A DNA stretch of 64,000 nucleotides from Raillietiella orientalis (Eukaryota): positions 1,302,001-1,366,000 of the forward strand of contig JAYWIR010000026.1 in the NCBI GenBank assembly GCA_036172245.1. Reading direction: 5' to 3'. Shown here one piece after another: positions 1 to 12,572 of this stretch. The notes beneath the pieces were generated by a model, which ran no database searches, was not told where the DNA came from, and worked only from the letters and a program-made list of their open reading frames with translations. How positions within the stretch are numbered: position 1 is the stretch's first letter; the number at the start of each line of letters is the position of its first letter. The translations under genes were made by a program, and so were the position numbers.

Positions 1-1456
1 TCCCGAATCCCGCAGAAGAGACTAGGCATCGACGAGAAGTTGGTGTTTCGGGCCATCGGTCCAGATGGCAGGTTCCTGAGGACCTAGCAGATACTCCGAT
101 GGGCCTCCTCATCTCGGACCGCTCATTTAAATACATGAAATTTATGCATCTCAAGATGGATCGATAGGGACCGCCCGAAATTAAAGGGGGAAGAGGAAGA
201 GGAACGGAACTGGGGTAGGGGGAGTGAAGGGGGAGACGGGAGGTTGATAGATAAAGAAATAGGGAATGAAATGGAAAGGCCCTCTGTGCTCAACACGATT
301 TCCGAGGGTCCGATTTGAGACGGGACGAGGAAAGGGTCCGCTCCATCGTTCGAGGATCCCCTCGTAATCCACATCCTAGGTTGGACCGTTTCAACACCCT
401 CGCCATGCAGGGGATGGAGGTCGCACCCTCTCTCTGTTAGTGACAGAAGAGACGGTGGTCGGAGAGGGAGGCAACTGGAAGCCCTAAAGGAGCGGACACC
501 CTTTTGAACGGGGGCTCCATTCCCGAGCGGACAGCATTGGGAAGCCGGGGTGCCCTTCCAGCACCCGTTGCTTCAGGGTTCCCGCCATCTTGCAGCGAGT
601 GTACTCCTTGGACACTCCTCCCCTCTCCGAAACTCCTCATAGGCGGCCTCAGCGCGGCAGTGAGAGGGCGGCACGCAAAAGGGAGGTCAGGAGGCTCCCT
701 CCGGTACCTCGAAGATTCCTGGGAGAATGCTGAGGAGCTCGGTCGAGAGCGAGGACTGGGTGCTGAGAGATGGTCCGATCGGAGATCTCTCCTGAATGTT
801 CGAAGAGCTTCCATCAGACCGACTGGGGCGACGCTCAATGATCTTTGATTAGCGATGACGGATGAGCGGCGCTTCCAAGACGACGGCCGGCGACGATCCT
901 CTGGCCCGATTGAATGCGAGTCCTTCGGAAGTGCGCCGCTGGCTCTGCGTTCCACCTCCGCATCGACCGTGGAGGCAACGCCTCCACGTCGGAGCCGGAC
1001 GCTGCCGTCTTCCTCCCTCCTCCCCTGGACCACTCGTTCAACGGAGGTAACGCAGAGAGAACAGCAGCAGCGCTCTTCTCCTGCTTGGATCACAGGATCT
1101 GGGAGCCCGACGACACCGACAGGGAGAAATGACCAGCCGACGGAGAGTTGATGGCTCCGCATGAGACGCGGGCAACGCACCACGGGTACGGCGGCGGCCC
1201 CTCTCTCGATCAACATCCGGCGATCGGCTGGGTCCTGCTTCATCTCTCCGGAATCTCGTCTTCCTCCTTTGGAGATCTTAAGCTGGAGTTCTGGTCTCCC
1301 TGCGCATCTCTCAGTCGCTTCTTCCTCCTCCCCTCATCTGGTCGAGAGCTGCAATTGACAGAACCCCTTGGGAAAGGAAGGTTGTGAGGAGGGGACGTGG
1401 TGGAATGTGGGACTTTTGGAAGATGGAGACGGGGACTGCCCTGTGCCCTGGAATTA

Positions 1457-2241
1457 TATCGTCCTGAAGGCCCCGTTTGGCATTCGGGAACCGGGGCGAG
1501 GCAGATGCAGCCTCGCTCCAGGTCGCACTCACATCCGCCACTGCTCTCCAAGGAGGCCAGCCTCCAGGCGAGCCCAGGAGGACTCCATGCGAACAGGCAC
1601 AGGTTTGGTTCCCGCGCAATAGGGAGGACCGAAAGGAGGACTACTTTCAGGGATGAGGACCAAGCCGTCCTCTCCGGGGGGGCTTCTCGACTACTATCGA
1701 GGAACGCGGAAGCAGTTTGGAGGGCACATCACACGCCCACGCGCTCTACCAAGAGGCTGAGCCCAGCTTCCGGAGATTCCCCCGGAAGGTTGGCGCCGCC
1801 CGCGGCACGAACTGGCAAATCGCGCCGCCCTTTTCCCTTGAAGCTCCGGCGTCGCTGATGCTCCGATGGCGCTTCCCTGGAAACTCCCGCCGGAGTCACC
1901 GGATCGGTAGGGGAGGGAGTGGGGAATCCGAGATGATATCCGAAGGTGCGGAGAACGAGGACCACCGCCTCTCCCGCGCCTGCTCGTGAGCTGCGTTGCC
2001 CTCCGGCCCTGCTGGGGACGTTTCACGACGGTCCTCCAGATATCGGTGGGCAGCCCGAGGGAGCTTTCCAGCGCCTCTTCGTGATGCTTCCGGCCGCGTC
2101 TTCAGCAGGCGTTTTCCTCCTTCGCGGGACCGTGTAGGTCTGGATGGGCGCCGTTCACTCCACCATTCGGTTCTTGCGGACCGCGACCGGGAAACGTCCG
2201 GTTCGGACTTGATGGCATCCTTCCAAGGCACGCAGAGGACG
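1457..2241 (+). repeat. Inverted repeat 1, left arm (785 bp); content is an L1/Tx1-like ORF2 3' relic
   Basis: Reverse complement of 6141-6925 (coordinates sum to 8382; e.g. ORFs 1717..1989+ and 6393..6665- translate identically). Pairing stops at 1456/6926 and 2242/6140. Contains ASLMLRWRFPGNSRRSH and RRCGERGPPPLPRLLVSCVALRPCW, homologous to the zinc-knuckle region at 8520-8728. Confidence 0.95.
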
Positions 2242-2789
2242 CCCCATTGTTTACAGTGCATTTGGACATCGCGGAGTCAACCATCGCCGGTCCTAGGACG
2301 CCTCCCGGTCCGCCACAGGACTGTTTCAGGTTTTTGGCAAGAGTAAAGGGAACTCCGGTCGTGGACCTCTTGTCGACCTCTTGCCTGGACTTGGCGCACT
2401 CCTGTTTTCATGATTTGTAACGCGGACCCATTAAAGAAAGGCGGGAAAGGGAGGAGGAAGGGAGGGAGGGGAAGGTGCCAGGAAGGATGGCAACTGAAGA
2501 TGAGCATTGGAACGAAAAAGTCCCGCAGGTGTCCACGCGAATCCACAAATCACAGCTTCTCATAATAGATGGTATTTATCCGCTCTTCTAAGTGCTTCCA
2601 TTACCACTGCTACGTAATCAGGGACCAATCACGCCTGGTTATTTATGAGGTTCCAGACAGCTCGGGGCTTGTAGACAGCTTCCTTTGAAGGTTTCCTTGT
2701 AGGATCGTTCCAGGTGGTGGAATAAGCGTCTTGGCGAGCAGGATGTTGGTTTGCGCTCAGGCGCGGGCGTTCACTGCTATTCTCGGGAA

Positions 2790-3580
2790 GGTTTCCTATT
2801 CGTCCGGGATCCGTCCGCGTGAGGGACCACGGGAACCACCAGGGCACCCTCCTTGCCTCCGAGCAGGCCTCGACCTCGTCCGGACCTTTGAGTGGGATGC
2901 GAGCGGATGGGAGAGCCTTTTGCTCCGCCCTGCCGGACGCGCGTTGTACGAGGATCGAGACTCCGGTTGCCACGCGCCGCTGGTTGGTCTCCATTCATCC
3001 GGGTGCGGCACTGGTAGCTGTTAAAACCGGATTTCCGATGAGGGCGGGGACAAATGGGAGTCGACCTCCGCGTCCTTTCAAGAGTCACGGCGTGGGAGCT
3101 CCCCTCCAGTTGTGAAGGAGTGGACCCCCATTCCTAGGGGGACCCCTCCGTGTCGGACTGATGGAGTAGGTGTGTCGCCACCACCTCTCCAGAGAGTGCA
3201 GAAACGAGAGCCGATCCCTTCAGGAAAGCCTCGTCCTTCTGAATTTTGAAAGCGTCCCTTCTGGGTTCTCTTCAGAGGAATAAAAACAAAAACAGGAGTG
3301 GATCTCTTGTGGGGGATCTTTCCGGAGAAGACACCCCAGGATCGGATCCTTTCCGGGTTCCCTTCAGAGAAGAAAAACTGGAGCGGATCCCTCCAAGAGT
3401 CTCTTCGGGGAGAATAAGGAAAGAGATTCCCTGCTAGATTCCCCTTCGGAGACAAGCAGGGTGGAGGTGATCTCCATTTCCAGGGATCCTTCCCCAGGCG
3501 TTAGAGGAAAGGACTCCAAGTCCTTCCTGGATTCATAGGGCGTATCTCTCCTGGGGTAACTCCTATCTTGAAGAATACCC
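2790..3580 (+). mobile_element. Degenerate L1/Tx1-like family fragment
   Basis: Shares family blocks with 8100-8470 and 37400-37830, e.g. gtcgacctccgcgtcctttcaagagtcacgg vs gttgacctccagggtccttccaggaatcaagg, and ttcctggattcatagg. Confidence 0.6.
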
Positions 3581-4070
3581 ACCTCGGGTGGAACCGTGTC
3601 GATGAACTGCGAAGAAAGAAAAGGATTTCCATCATCGTGACTCAGCACGCTGCATCCTCGCTCGTCTCGGAGGAGTACCGAAGATGTGCAACAGTTTATC
3701 CAAACGACAGACAACCAAGAGAAGTCTGCGGAGGACATCCGATTTCAGGGTCGGAAGAAGAGGCTGGTCAAAACCTCCTCGATTGCGTCCTCCTACCCAT
3801 CACTCGTAGGATGCGAGTGCCTGATGCAGGGGGCGGTCCGCAGAGGGGAAGTGCCAGACTCACCAATGAGCTGTTTATTGAAAAAGAAAAAAAAAAGACT
3901 GAAAATACAGATGAAATGATCATTAGTTGGATCACGTTTCACACCTTGCTCGATGACGCAAGGACATCAGCGTTTCTCGAGACTCCCAAACCCAGAGGTA
4001 ACAATCGTCGCTTTTGGGTTCGAAAGAGCTCGGTGCATGCGGTGCAAATTGGTTGCCTGGGCAACGCTCC
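3580..4070 (+). mobile_element. RTE-like LINE relic, C-terminal part of the RT ORF
   Basis: NRVDEL..IIVT..EEYRRCA resembles VDEF.YLGS.IT....EI.RRI; KRLVKTSS..YPSLVGCECL resembles K.RL.K.L..PVLLYGCE.W. Frameshifted. Confidence 0.5.
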
Positions 4071-4084
4071 GAGCTCTTGCTCTT

Positions 4085-4780
4085 AATACTGGGTCACCGA
4101 GTACTGAAGAACCGGTCGCCTCTTCGGATGGGGGGGGGGGAAGGGGTCACGAAGCTCTTTGACGCTGCTTACGCCACTCCAAGGTGCGCGTAACTCTCCA
4201 AGTGAGAGGACAACCCCGAAGGCACCACCCGATGAATCCAGGAAGACCCCCGAGGAAGAGAGTGCGCTCTTGCTACGCCTGTTGGGGGATCTCTGCCCGG
4301 TTGTCTCCGAAAGGGACCATCGAAGAGAGCTGCTCCCATTTCTTTTCCGCAGAGAATCCCCGAAAAGGATCCGTTCCTTGATGACTACACTGAAGAGAAC
4401 CCCGAACGGGCGTTTCCTTATTTGTCTGGAGGGCGTTCTCCGAAGGGAGCTGCGCGCTTCTCGCACGTAGGAGAGGCAATCCCTCGCCAGGGAGCGTCAA
4501 CCAGCTCTATGGTATGCGGCTCCGTTTTCGCGACCTGAGAGGAACCTCGGAGGGAACCGGCTCTCCTTGATTCCTGGAAGGACCCTGGAGGTCAACTTTC
4601 GATCCCTGTCACTCATCGGGAGCATCGGGGTGTTTCTGGCTTCCCACCAGTGCCGCCGCTCTCGAAGCCCAGCTCGCGTCGTCGTGCAGGGGCACCCGAA
4701 ACCCACACTACGTCCCCCTTCCCGTCTCTCGGCATCAGTCCCCGGGAGGGATTCGAATCGGTGACGCCTAGTGCCTCCGT
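4085..4780 (-). mobile_element. L1/Tx1-like family fragment; close third copy of the segment in both arms of the large palindrome
   Basis: Near-identical to 31530-32190 (direct) and 37250-37915 (inverted); ORF 4497..4706- matches the end of ORFs 31919..32866- and 36892..37515+ almost residue for residue. Confidence 0.85.
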
Positions 4781-6140
4781 GTGCTCTTGATGCTGGAGGA
4801 AGGGGAAGGGTCGGGTGAAGACCATTGCAGTCAGACGAACCTCCGGATGCAGCGGCGCGCGCGTTGCTTGGGCAACCAACCGCCTTCTGCCTTGCTGCCG
4901 CGCTGAACCTGGAAGGGATCCTCTCCTTGTTGACTCCTTGAAGAGAATCCCTAAGGGAGCAGAGAGTTTCTTACTCTCTGGTTTCCGTCTTCCGCTAGTG
5001 CCGCCTCCCTCGATGGCTGCTGCATGTGCTCTGCACCTGCTCTTTCCATAACGGAATGCCTAGAATGGGAGGAACGGGGGTCAGTCGCAGCAGTGAGACC
5101 AGAGGCTCGCTCGGGAATGGCCTCTCCGAAGCAGCCCCTCCCAGCTCTTGATTTACTGCCGCGAAAATCCCGGCAGTGAAGGGTCGCCGGTCGCACCGCT
5201 CCGCAACTTCCTGAATGCACTTCCTCCCGTCAATCGTGCGCCCTTCTCCGAGACGCAGGTGTTCCCAAGACATGCCTCCTCCTAATGAAATTCGGAAATT
5301 AAGGGAGCCGTTCGATCTTCTCAGGGGAAAGAACGGCCAACGCAGGGTGTCTCTTTGGGCTCCCCGAAAACCTCGAGGCGCGATGGGAACAACGCCCTCT
5401 TCGGTGCGGGTACTTTGAGGTTACGGTCCGGAGGCGGAGGAAGGAAGGAGCGGACCGCGCAGGCGTTCATTTGCGAGGCGTTGGCTACTCTCACGGGCGT
5501 CGTGCTCCAGCGTTTCCGAAACGATTTGTCCGTCGAGGAGTCGCGCGTACCAGTAACCGTCGTCCGAAGCCGCTGATCGCCTGTCGGGACGACACGCCCA
5601 CGCGACGGGGGTCCCTCCCCTTCACCGGGAAAAACGCTCTTCTCCTTGCTTCCTCCCCCCCCCCGTCTCTCTTCTTTCCTTCCTTTTTCTTTCTCTCTCT
5701 CTTTTTTTCCCGTTTGGGGGAAAAGAAGGGGCGGAGCTCCGGGAAGATCAACGCGGAGCGAATCCAGTTTCTCGGAATTTTCGAGCACGCCGCCCTTCCG
5801 TGTGGATTCTATTGAATCATTTTTTTTTTCCTTTCCCAGAAGGGAGCGCCGAACGCGTGAGGGAGAAAGACCTCGGGTTCGTGCTCGGAAAATTCCGGGG
5901 TCGCAGGACCCTGGATGCTAGAGCAAAAACACCTCCAGGGCAGGGTGCGTTTTCGGGAATCTGCCGAGAAGCTGGCCAGCACGCAAACCGGCGAGGTCTG
6001 TACTCAACAACGGAGGGGGAGGAGCAAGCCAAATAGAAATACATAAAATAAATAGAAAAACCTTGAGAAAGATGAGATGGAGAAGGGGGGACTCCCGGTG
6101 ACAGTCGCATCCCAGAGACAGTGGTGTGACCGTCGCCTGA

Positions 6141-6925
6141 CGTCCTCTGCGTGCCTTGGAAGGATGCCATCAAGTCCGAACCGGACGTTTCCCGGTCGCG
6201 GTCCGCAAGAACCGAATGGTGGAGTGAACGGCGCCCATCCAGACCTACACGGTCCCGCGAAGGAGGAAAACGCCTGCTGAAGACGCGGCCGGAAGCATCA
6301 CGAAGAGGCGCTGGAAAGCTCCCTCGGGCTGCCCACCGATATCTGGAGGACCGTCGTGAAACGTCCCCAGCAGGGCCGGAGGGCAACGCAGCTCACGAGC
6401 AGGCGCGGGAGAGGCGGTGGTCCTCGTTCTCCGCACCTTCGGATATCATCTCGGATTCCCCACTCCCTCCCCTACCGATCCGGTGACTCCGGCGGGAGTT
6501 TCCAGGGAAGCGCCATCGGAGCATCAGCGACGCCGGAGCTTCAAGGGAAAAGGGCGGCGCGATTTGCCAGTTCGTGCCGCGGGCGGCGCCAACCTTCCGG
6601 GGGAATCTCCGGAAGCTGGGCTCAGCCTCTTGGTAGAGCGCGTGGGCGTGTGATGTGCCCTCCAAACTGCTTCCGCGTTCCTCGATAGTAGTCGAGAAGC
6701 CCCCCCGGAGAGGACGGCTTGGTCCTCATCCCTGAAAGTAGTCCTCCTTTCGGTCCTCCCTATTGCGCGGGAACCAAACCTGTGCCTGTTCGCATGGAGT
6801 CCTCCTGGGCTCGCCTGGAGGCTGGCCTCCTTGGAGAGCAGTGGCGGATGTGAGTGCGACCTGGAGCGAGGCTGCATCTGCCTCGCCCCGGTTCCCGAAT
6901 GCCAAACGGGGCCTTCAGGACGATA
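6141..6925 (-). repeat. Inverted repeat 1, right arm (785 bp)
   Basis: Mirror of 1457-2241. Continues on the minus strand (6140-~5900) into a pyrimidine/T-rich tail resembling the family's 3' UTR at 8930-9060. Confidence 0.95.
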
Positions 6926-7049
6926 CGATTTCGGGGGGTGGAACAATTCCGCGTTCGTCAGCTCCGATCCAAGACGTCCTGAATTTCCCGGTAGCTTCGA
7001 GCGAGCGACCGCGGGACAGCCGCCACGTGCAAGGGAAAATTAGATGTCT

Positions 7050-7800
7050 TCCCGTGCGCACAAACAAAGCGGTCTGCAGGACGGAGGTTCGTGCTGATGC
7101 TTCCCGTTCTTCCTCTTCATCCATCACCAGCGACGGCGCACAAGATCGACATGACCGAGATGACCGATCCCAGAAGAGTGTTTTTCCATGCGTGTCCCGA
7201 TACCCACTCACCTCTTCCCTGGAGAGAAGCCTGTATCTTGGCAGGTTCGTCATCCTCTTTCCCCCTTCATTCCGGATCGCCAGCTGGTTCTGGCTTGTTT
7301 TCCGCCCGCCGTGCTTTCTGGCAGGTTTCCTTTCAACTCTTCGAACCCTCGCCGGGGGAACGACAGCAAGTTGGGTTGGCTCGCAAGGTGCTCTCCCGAA
7401 AATGCCCTTGGTTTCTCTAGAAACCTGAAAGTGGGAGGAGAGGTTCCATATCAAAGCTGTTCCGTGGCAAAAGCGCAGCAATACCTGTTGCGAGGGAGAG
7501 AACGCATCCCCTGAGGAGTAAAGGGCATCCACTGAATGGCGTTTCTTTGAGGTCGCGAGACTGCGAAAGCGCGAGTCACGCCAGTGTTCTTCTTGAAGAG
7601 AGAGTTCCCGCCGCAGCGTCCTAAGGCTCCGACACCCACGAGACCGAGGACACTGGACAGAAACGTGTCTCACAGCGATTCGTTTGGAAACTCATCCGTA
7701 CTTTTTCTTCTTCGAGTGACTGTTGTTCGATTGTTCGACATCGGACCTGCTGGAGCAGCAAGAATGCCCAGTGTTGCCAGGGAATCCCGGACCAGTTTCA
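7050..7800 (-). mobile_element. RTE-like APE endonuclease relic
   Basis: ORF 6915..7673-: VDALYSS..LLRFCHG resembles KD.FY..L...LL.LGDFNA; IRNEGGKRMTNL..HGKTLFW resembles RNENGERL...H..TW. Confidence 0.45.
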
Positions 7801-7889
7801 GAAAGCGCAAAGGGAGAGGAATATCCCCGAATTGTCGGCATTCCGATTCCTCCCCGATCCCGGATCTGCAGAGATCTGGAGTTTCCAAT

Positions 7890-9190
7890 TTCTCGGCCCG
7901 CGTGGTCGTGCGGCCGTGAGGCCGTGCGGCGCTGTGGCCTCTGCTCGTCGCACCAGGCGTCGCGGGTTCGAATCCCCATGTGGTGTATCGGCTTTGAGAA
8001 ATGCTGAAGATGCGTGGTGGATTTGCAGTCCTCCCGGCAGGACGACGCGGCTTCGGGTGCGGCGGCACTGGTGGAAGCCGAAAATTCCCGGATGCCCCCG
8101 TTGACGGCCGGGATTGAAAGTTGACCCTCCGAGGTCCTTCCAGGAATCAAGGAGCGCCGGTTCCCTTCGATGGTTCCCCTCCGGTTATAAAAGTGGAGTC
8201 GTCTCTTCCCCCCCCTTTCCTCAGGAGGAACTCTTCATCTTGTATTATGGGGATGGTTGATATACCCCTCGGGGTTTGCAAACAACCAATTCCCAAAGTG
8301 TTAGAGAAGCGCGCTGCTCTTTTTTAGGGAGCTCTCCCTCCAGAGAAATTGGGAAGTGCACCTTCGGAGCTCTCTTCAGAAGAGTCATCAAGGAAAGGAT
8401 CCTTTCTGGGAGACCCCTCCGGAGAAGAAACGAGGAGTGTTCCCCCCTGGGAGTGTCTCTGGAGAGAGTAAGGAATCTCTTCCTCACTCTCCCTCGGGGA
8501 ATTCCCTTTGGGGTCCCCTCCCCCCTGAAGTGGAGGGAGTCGGCACTTCTGCTGTTGCACTGGGGTTTTCCCTGCAACGTATGCCAACGCCACTGGACGC
8601 TGGGGAGGGAGATCCCGGACTGTCGCAGGTGCGAGGAACAGGAATCCCTCCCGCACCTCCTCGTGGGCTGTGTAGCCCTCCGGTCCCTATGGAAACGTTT
8701 GGGGATGACCCTCCGGATCCCGACTTAAGGTTCTCCTTAGTGCGCGATGCCCTGCATCTAGCTGCCTCCCCATCCTCGCTTTGCTGCATTCGCGGGATTG
8801 CAGCGACCTGGAGAGGAGACGACAGAAGAAACGAGAGGGACGCCGTCCAGCCTCTCAGTCCACTTTCTGCGTTTAGAGGCCACATGACCCCACCTGGGAC
8901 TCATTCGGACGGACCTAGCTGGCATCCTAGAAAGGATGCCGACTCCCTCCAGTGGACAGCGGTCCCTTCCCTACCCATCCAAAGCTTTTTATTTATTTTT
9001 ATCTACCCTTTGTTTTTATTTCATTTTATTTTTTGTTTTCTCTCCTCCCCCTCTCCGCTGCCGAGGGGAATCCCGCCAGTCTGCGCACCGGCGACCCGGC
9101 ATGTCCGTGAACAGAGTGTTGTAGGACCACGTGTCCTACCATAGTATGCGAGTTTATTTTAAATTTTAATGAACGCTCCCGGTGTGCCCG
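7890..9190 (+). mobile_element. Best-preserved L1/Tx1-like relic: post-RT region, zf-RVT-type zinc knuckle and 3' UTR
   Basis: ORF 8276..8728+ ends PLKWRESALLLLHWGFPCN...DCRRCEEQESLPHLLVGCVALRSLW, the C-x2-C...ES..HL...C....W pattern of L1-clade ORF2 C-termini, followed by a T-rich tail homologous to 42050-42260. Confidence 0.8.
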
Positions 9191-10049
9191 CGTGGAAATC
9201 GGGGTTCCCTACCAAGCGTACTCAAGGAGGCGAACGGTTTTTCAGTACTCCTTGAGTACCAAAAAAATAGGAAAGGACTCCTTCCTCCGGAGCCTTCCTG
9301 TATTCATAGGGTGGTCCCTCCGGAATCGACTCCTATCTGAAGTTACACACACCCCCAGGTAGCGGGCAATGTTTAAAGAGTTTCGCGAGCCCCCTTCTCA
9401 AGGAGGCGAACGGTTCCTCAGTACTCCTTGAGTACCAAAAAAAACTGGAAGGAAACCTAAGAACCCGAAAGGAAAACAGAAGAACTCATTTCTTCCGGGT
9501 GACTTGTTCACGGGAAACGGCATGGAAAAGAGGCGTGTTCGATGACTTGCCAGCCACGCTCTCCCTCCAAATAAAAAGGAATGATGAAAAAGGAGTTGCG
9601 GTCCGTGGGAAGATGCAATGAAGCCACTCGAAAGGGAGACCAGGCACTCGAACCGACATCAGCAAATCCTCAACAGGAAAAAACCAGGTGGCAAAGCATC
9701 CGAGTTTGCAAACGGAGCAGACCTCCCTTCATCTTTCTTTTCAAGCTGGAGCAGTCACGAACGGGAGCAATTTTTCTGCGTTAATGGCGCACCTGCAGAG
9801 CTGAAAAAGGTGAGCCCTAAAGCGTTGCCATACGTCTAGAAAACGGAGAGCTCCTTTGTGGAGACACAAGGAAACGTTCTTTCAAAGCGATTGTAGTTGG
9901 CGTGAAGGACGGAGGTATCCAAGATGTTATTTTCGGCCACATTTCTCATCTGTCCATCTGGGTCGCTCGTCACCCTTCAATCTGTTGCTTCCTCAGCGTC
10001 TTCTCCTCCGTCTCGCGAGAGCTGACTGCTGGGATTTTTCGGCTGTATC

Positions 10050-11150
10050 CGAGTTTTCGTGAGATTCCTCCCGTGATGTGGGCTGCGCAGGTGTCCCTGG
10101 AGTACCCGATGCACAGAGCAACCATCCAGTGCGCCATCCTCTCCGAGTACTTTTTAGGAACTCCAAGATCATCAGCACTTCCCCGTTATCTGGGTCCCTA
10201 GCCCCTTGATGAGCCAACGATGAGAGCATGCACCCTGCATTGCCTCCCTTCCTTGAGTAGCTAAAGGGCTACTTCCTTATATTTTCCAGCTTGTTCCTCC
10301 TAGCTGTGCAGGACTCCACTTTCCCACCGTCGAACGGGCAGCAGATCACTATGGTTCGATTTCCTTTCTTCAGTGCTAGGTCTGATCGCAAGGGGGAGTC
10401 CATTCCTGGAGCTCTCTGGTTGGTTGATGCACTTTGTCTCATCCACCGCGACCGTCCTGATCATTTGCGGGATCGCATTATGCGTGCAGTGAACAGATGA
10501 AAATGCCTCTTGCATCGGTTTAAGATATGAGGCAGCGTTTCGTCTTCCGTTCGGCAGCTCCGACATCTGGTTCCACTCTGGCGCCGGCCCTGGCTGGTGA
10601 AACGCTTAGCTGAGCTGGGTGGATGAATCCTGCAGCCTCAGGTACTCTCTGTTTGTGAGGAATTCCGCTGAGCGGCGCGGCGTTCCCACATCCTGGTGAT
10701 TGCAGCAGCATCGTTACAGCGGCCAAGAAGAATAAGTAGGGAGAGGAGACATCGATGGAAAGTCGAAACACAGAATTTCATCTTTTTAATGGGAATACGG
10801 GGATCAGATGGCAAGCGCTATAACTTCTTATATTCCGGCTCGTATGAGCGAGGTTCCAATCTCCCTGAGACGTTTCAAGAAACCCATCCTGCACCTGCGC
10901 GTGTAAAGCACACGGGCTGCCAATCGCTATCTACTCTTCTCGTTGAGGTTGCCCCGTTGCTTGGCATGCTCGTTTCCACGTGGTCTCGATTAACAGACGG
11001 CGTGTGTCTTGCCGTGCTCAAAGTTGCTAAAGAGACATCTCCGACCTTCGAATTCTGCTTGTCAGGAGACGGTGAGATTCGTGGAAAGCTGCTACGTACT
11101 CCAGACACGAATCCCTTCCAGGTTGCTTCATCTCGTAACGCCATCACTGG
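10050..11150 (-). mobile_element. NeSL/Utopia-like (RLE-encoding) non-LTR retrotransposon, decayed C-terminal region
   Basis: Minus strand across frameshifts, in the expected order: HRLLTS..KVGDVSLATL; EFLTNREYLRLQD/FIH.A.L; CRSCRTEDETLPHILNRC; AR(H)NAI; LRSDLALKKGNRTIVICCPFDGG; KY..; VHALIVGS; DPDN; YSRDTCAAHITG. This matches the CCHC knuckle + RH motif + PD-(D/E)xK nuclease + SRDIY.EH.TG terminus of this group. Confidence 0.8.
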
Positions 11151-12572
11151 TGCTCCAAAACGATGCTCAGTTACCTAGTGCTTCCTTTTTTTGTCCTCCC
11201 TCCTTAACTCTTGCCCTTTACTACACTGTTCCGCGATGCTACAAAAAAAAGCATTTCATAATATCATGAAGCTGTTGATTCCTTTTGTTTTGCCTGTGGC
11301 GCACCAGAAGAGGATGTTGAAGTCCTAGAGCTACGTGCTTTTAAACGGTCCAGTGCCGTTGCTGCTCTTGTGAGCTTTCGCAAACCCTTCCATCATGTGT
11401 TGCGGTTCCTGCAGTCATTCATGATTCCTTGAGACTAAATAAAAGTCCTACAGAGAGTTTTGCTCTTTCCTTTGAGAGCACGCATTCGTTTTCAAAGATG
11501 TCTTTGGAAATTTTCGCTCGGATGCTCTCAGTGAATGGTGGATTTAATGGACCATACACCATCAAAACTATTAATCACTCCAGATGTGCTTCTTTCCAGC
11601 CAGAACGCTCTGAACTCGCTGGTGGCTTTAAGCGTGCCTCGGAAACCGTAAGGAATTGGAAGTCCTTCGCCTCCTTCCAGAACATTCCCAGCTTGAATGC
11701 CCGCTAGCGATTAACTATTTTGCTCGCTTTTGTTCTCGCGTTCTTACACAAAAAAAAAAAAGAAAAGCGGATTTGGGTTTCCGGATACCACACCGGTGGT
11801 CGGTTTGTCAAGCTTGTCAAGTCTTCTTCGCAGCATCTCTTCCTGTCCCCCATGAGTTTTGAAATCTTCTCTTAAGCGGACAGATGTTTCGCCCATCTTT
11901 CGACACTCAAGAAACTGGAAATCCTTAGGGCTTCATGCTGTTATTAAAAATAAACACCGATTAATACGGGTATCCATGCATGCATTCGCCAAGAGCGCCT
12001 CATGAATTGATGATGCTTCGATTCCCAAATTGCCCATGAGCGTCGGTGAAAGAAAACCATAAGAGAATTGTACAGCTACTTTACCCGGTACGAGGAGCTC
12101 CATAGCTTCCTTCCATTATCCCCCCTGGACTCCATTATCCCCTATTTCTTCCATTAACAACCAGCTTCCTGTGTTGACGTGCCAACACTGGGAAAGCAGA
12201 GAATAAAAAACGCTCTTGGAATTTAAAGCAAGCCGTTAGATGTCACAGAGGACAGATGATGTTAGATGAAGATGACGATGTTAGAACAGAGGACCGACGG
12301 CTGCCTGGATAAAAATTCAAAGGCCAGTCACGCGTCCAAGGAGGAAATTCAAAGCTCGCGCGAGATATAGTGAGTGCCTGCTGGTTTCGGAGGCTGTACA
12401 GGATGCGTCTTGGACGTTTGAACTGGAGCGAGGATGAAGTTCGGTGCTGACGTTGAGATGACCGCGAATGTCGGCTGTCGCAAACAGGAGGCCCCTCGTT
12501 CCATCAGTAGAAGACGGCAGCTGCCAAGGAACCAGGCTGCGTAGGAAGCCACCGAAATCGCGATTCCTCCGA

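Noticed and set aside
181..372. PFHFIPYF...TPPTP peptide resembling cytochrome b
   Set aside because: Motif order and spacing are wrong; the pyrimidine-rich tract resembles the LINE 3' tails elsewhere in the window (similar tract at ~56340-56450).
4098..4130. CTGAAGA/CTGAGGA segments (also ~31538 and minus strand ~9420) as hammerhead ribozymes
   Set aside because: No GAAA core or stem III follows; the segment is antisense LINE sequence.
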